This document shows, in pieces, positions 61,872 to 64,000 of a DNA stretch of 64,000 nt. A model generated the notes under the pieces. It was not told the origin of the DNA and ran no database searches. It saw nothing but the letters and a program-made list of their open reading frames with translations. The number at the start of each line of letters is the position of its first letter. The first letter of the stretch is position 1. Origin of the DNA: Lama glama (lineage: Eukaryota); contig CM052829.1 of NCBI GenBank assembly GCA_028534125.1, positions 2,914,001 through 2,978,000 on the forward strand, in the 5' to 3' direction. Made by a program: the position numbers and the translations under genes.

Positions 61872-62990
61872 ATGGGGAATTGGTGCTAGATATGACACTA
61901 AAAGCATGAGCAGCAAAATAAAAAAACAGGCAAACTGGACTTCATCGAAATGAAAACCTTTGGGGCATTAAGGGACACTATCGAAATGAAAAAATAATAC
62001 TTAGAAATCATATATTTGGTAAGGGTTAAGTATCCAGAATACATAAAGAATTCCTACAAGTCAAGAACAAAAAGATAACTCCATTAAAAGATGGGCAGAG
62101 GACCTGAGTAGGTATTTCTCCAGAGCAGGTGTACAAATGGCCAGTACAAGAGCACGAGAAGGACTCAGCATCATTAGCCACTAGGGAAATGCAAGCCAGA
62201 GCCGCACCCAGCACAACAGCTGTAATAAAAAATGGGAAGGTAGTGTCGACGAGGCTGTGGAGAAACTTGGACCCTCCTGCGCTGCTGATGGGAATGTAAA
62301 TGGTGCAGTCAGAAGAGAAAACAGTCTGGTGGTTCCGCAAAAAGCTACCCATAGAATTACCATGTGAGCCAGCCAGTCCACTCTTAGCTGTGTGTCCAAA
62401 GGAAATGTAATCAGAGACTCAGACATGTGTACGATAATGTTTATTGCAGCATTATTCACAACAGCCAAAAGGTGGAAACATCCCAAATGTCCATGGACAG
62501 ATGAATGAATAAACAAACTGTGGTCTGTACACAGAGTGGAATATTAGTCAGCTTTAAAAAGAAAGGGAAGTTTGCCACATGCTGCCATGTGGATGAATCT
62601 TGAAGACATTATGTCGGACACAACAGGATAAATACACGGTGGTTCCACTTACATGAGCTACGTAGCGCAGGCAAATTTACTGAGACAGAAAGTGAAATGG
62701 AGGTGCCGGGGGCTGGGGGCACACAGGATGAGGATTACTGCCTAAAGGTTACAGAGTTTCTGTTTGGGGGAATGAAAAAGTTTTGGACCTAGGCGATGGT
62801 GATGGTTGCAAAACATTGCAAATCTAATTTCTGCTATTGTACGCTTAAAAGTGGTTAAAATCGCAAATTTTATTTTGAATATTTTTTACCTCAATTTAAA
62901 AAATGTTATATACCCAAGCCATTGAATTGTACATTTTAAAGGGGTTAATTGTGTGTGCTGGGAACTATAGCTCAATAAAGCTGTTACAAA
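61872..62990 (+). mobile_element. L1MB-like 3' portion (ORF2 C-terminus and 3'UTR) followed by a second short L1 3' end
   Basis: aaactggacttcatcgaaatgaaaac..., atgtttattgcagcattattcacaacagccaaaaggtggaaacatcccaaatgtcc..., ends tttacctcaatttaaaaaa at about 62903; then ...ctcaataaagctgtt to about 62990. Confidence 0.9.
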
Positions 62991-64000
62991 GAACCCAGTG
63001 CTACTGACGTTTCAGGGAGCCTAGCGGACTCGAAGACACTCGGTCATGAAGGAGAACTCGTCGCGTACGGGGGTCTGTCATGCACGGCTCCGCCCGCTGA
63101 CCCTGCCTTTATCCAGCCGCCCTCCGCCCTGCTCCTGTGCCTCGCAGGTGGTGGCACGCTTTTGCTGAATGCTCATGCAGACACATAGAGGCCTCGCAGA
63201 TCAACCTGGAGACGTTTCAGTTCCATTCAAGCATGCCTCCCTTAATAATGTATTTAAGAGGGAGGGAGGAAGAAAGAGAAAGAGAACATGTCTGCATAAT
63301 TCCTTCAGGTCACTATACATTAAGTTGTATGGAATAACTACAATCCGTTTTCCACATAATTACAGTCAGTTACAGTCTTTATGTACGTTTGAATCAGTGT
63401 TGAAGTGGCCGAGCTTGGATCCTCTGGTTTTGTACTGAAGTGATGAAGTTTTCGAGGAACTTGAAGTGTTGCTTCAGATGTTCTCATGTTTGATTTTCCT
63501 GATTGTGGTTGAGTTCTTTATATTGACAGGTGTTTAATTGAAACCAAAATGCTACTAGTGCAATATAAACGATTTCATATAATAGTTTATTCTTGTTAGT
63601 TTTTAAATTGAAAGCCATTGCTACTCAGCTGATTCAAATTCTCTAGCATGCTTTAAGTTACCAAAAATTCTCGTAACTCAAACTAGGCTAATCAAAAGTA
63701 CTTTCTAACATTTCTTCATGATTTACTTGGAAAGTTTATAAATTAAGTTATATTGAATTAAGAAAATAAAAAGTGTGGATTTGAAAATGTCACTCAAATG
63801 ACTTGTTCTCTGGCTTTCTGAATTCAGTGTTGATGATATTTAAATACTCCAGCCTGGGGGAAGCTGTCCTACGGAAGGAACCTGAGCTACCTGCCGTTAG
63901 GGTCACACCTCATTCTAGCACACAGCCTGCTGGAGTTCTCCTTTCCCTGGTAGCTTTCATGTGGGCAGGCAGGAGAACCTAGAATCCTTCCTGGAACTGC

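Larger units (their letters stand above)
31641..64000 (+). other. PDE10A: PDE10A intron after the PDE10A2 first exon (runs past the window end)
   Basis: GTAAGT donor at 31641; no sequence encoding the next exon (LTDEKVKAYLSLHPQ) was seen; the region is repeat-rich. Confidence 0.85.

Noticed and set aside
1-64000. CRISPR arrays, operons or other prokaryotic systems
   Set aside because: The sequence is mammalian; no regularly spaced repeat-spacer array was seen.

Overview
Mammalian genomic DNA, very probably camelid (two tRNA-Ala-derived SINEs of the Vic-1 type). The window is centred on the CpG-island promoter and first coding exon of PDE10A (+ strand). The exon encodes the PDE10A2 N-terminus [22 protein letters not shown] (ATG 31574, phase-1 donor after 31640) and is preceded by a fully open in-frame 275-codon extension from ATG 30749. 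The next coding exon (LTDEKVKAY...) was not seen, so about 32 kb downstream is intron. The rest is typical mammalian repeats: an old L1 carrying a younger TSD-flanked L1, other L1 fragments, L2, MIR and a MER58A-like element. Nearly all other ORFs in the supplied track are spurious or L1 remnants. The best leads are two more ATG-to-phase-1-donor candidate first exons in the same CpG island (one starting with a myristoylation-type MGVGKSR), three AP-1+CRE motif pairs upstream, and a tiny twin-primed L1. Repeat family names come from recalled consensus sequences, not a database search.
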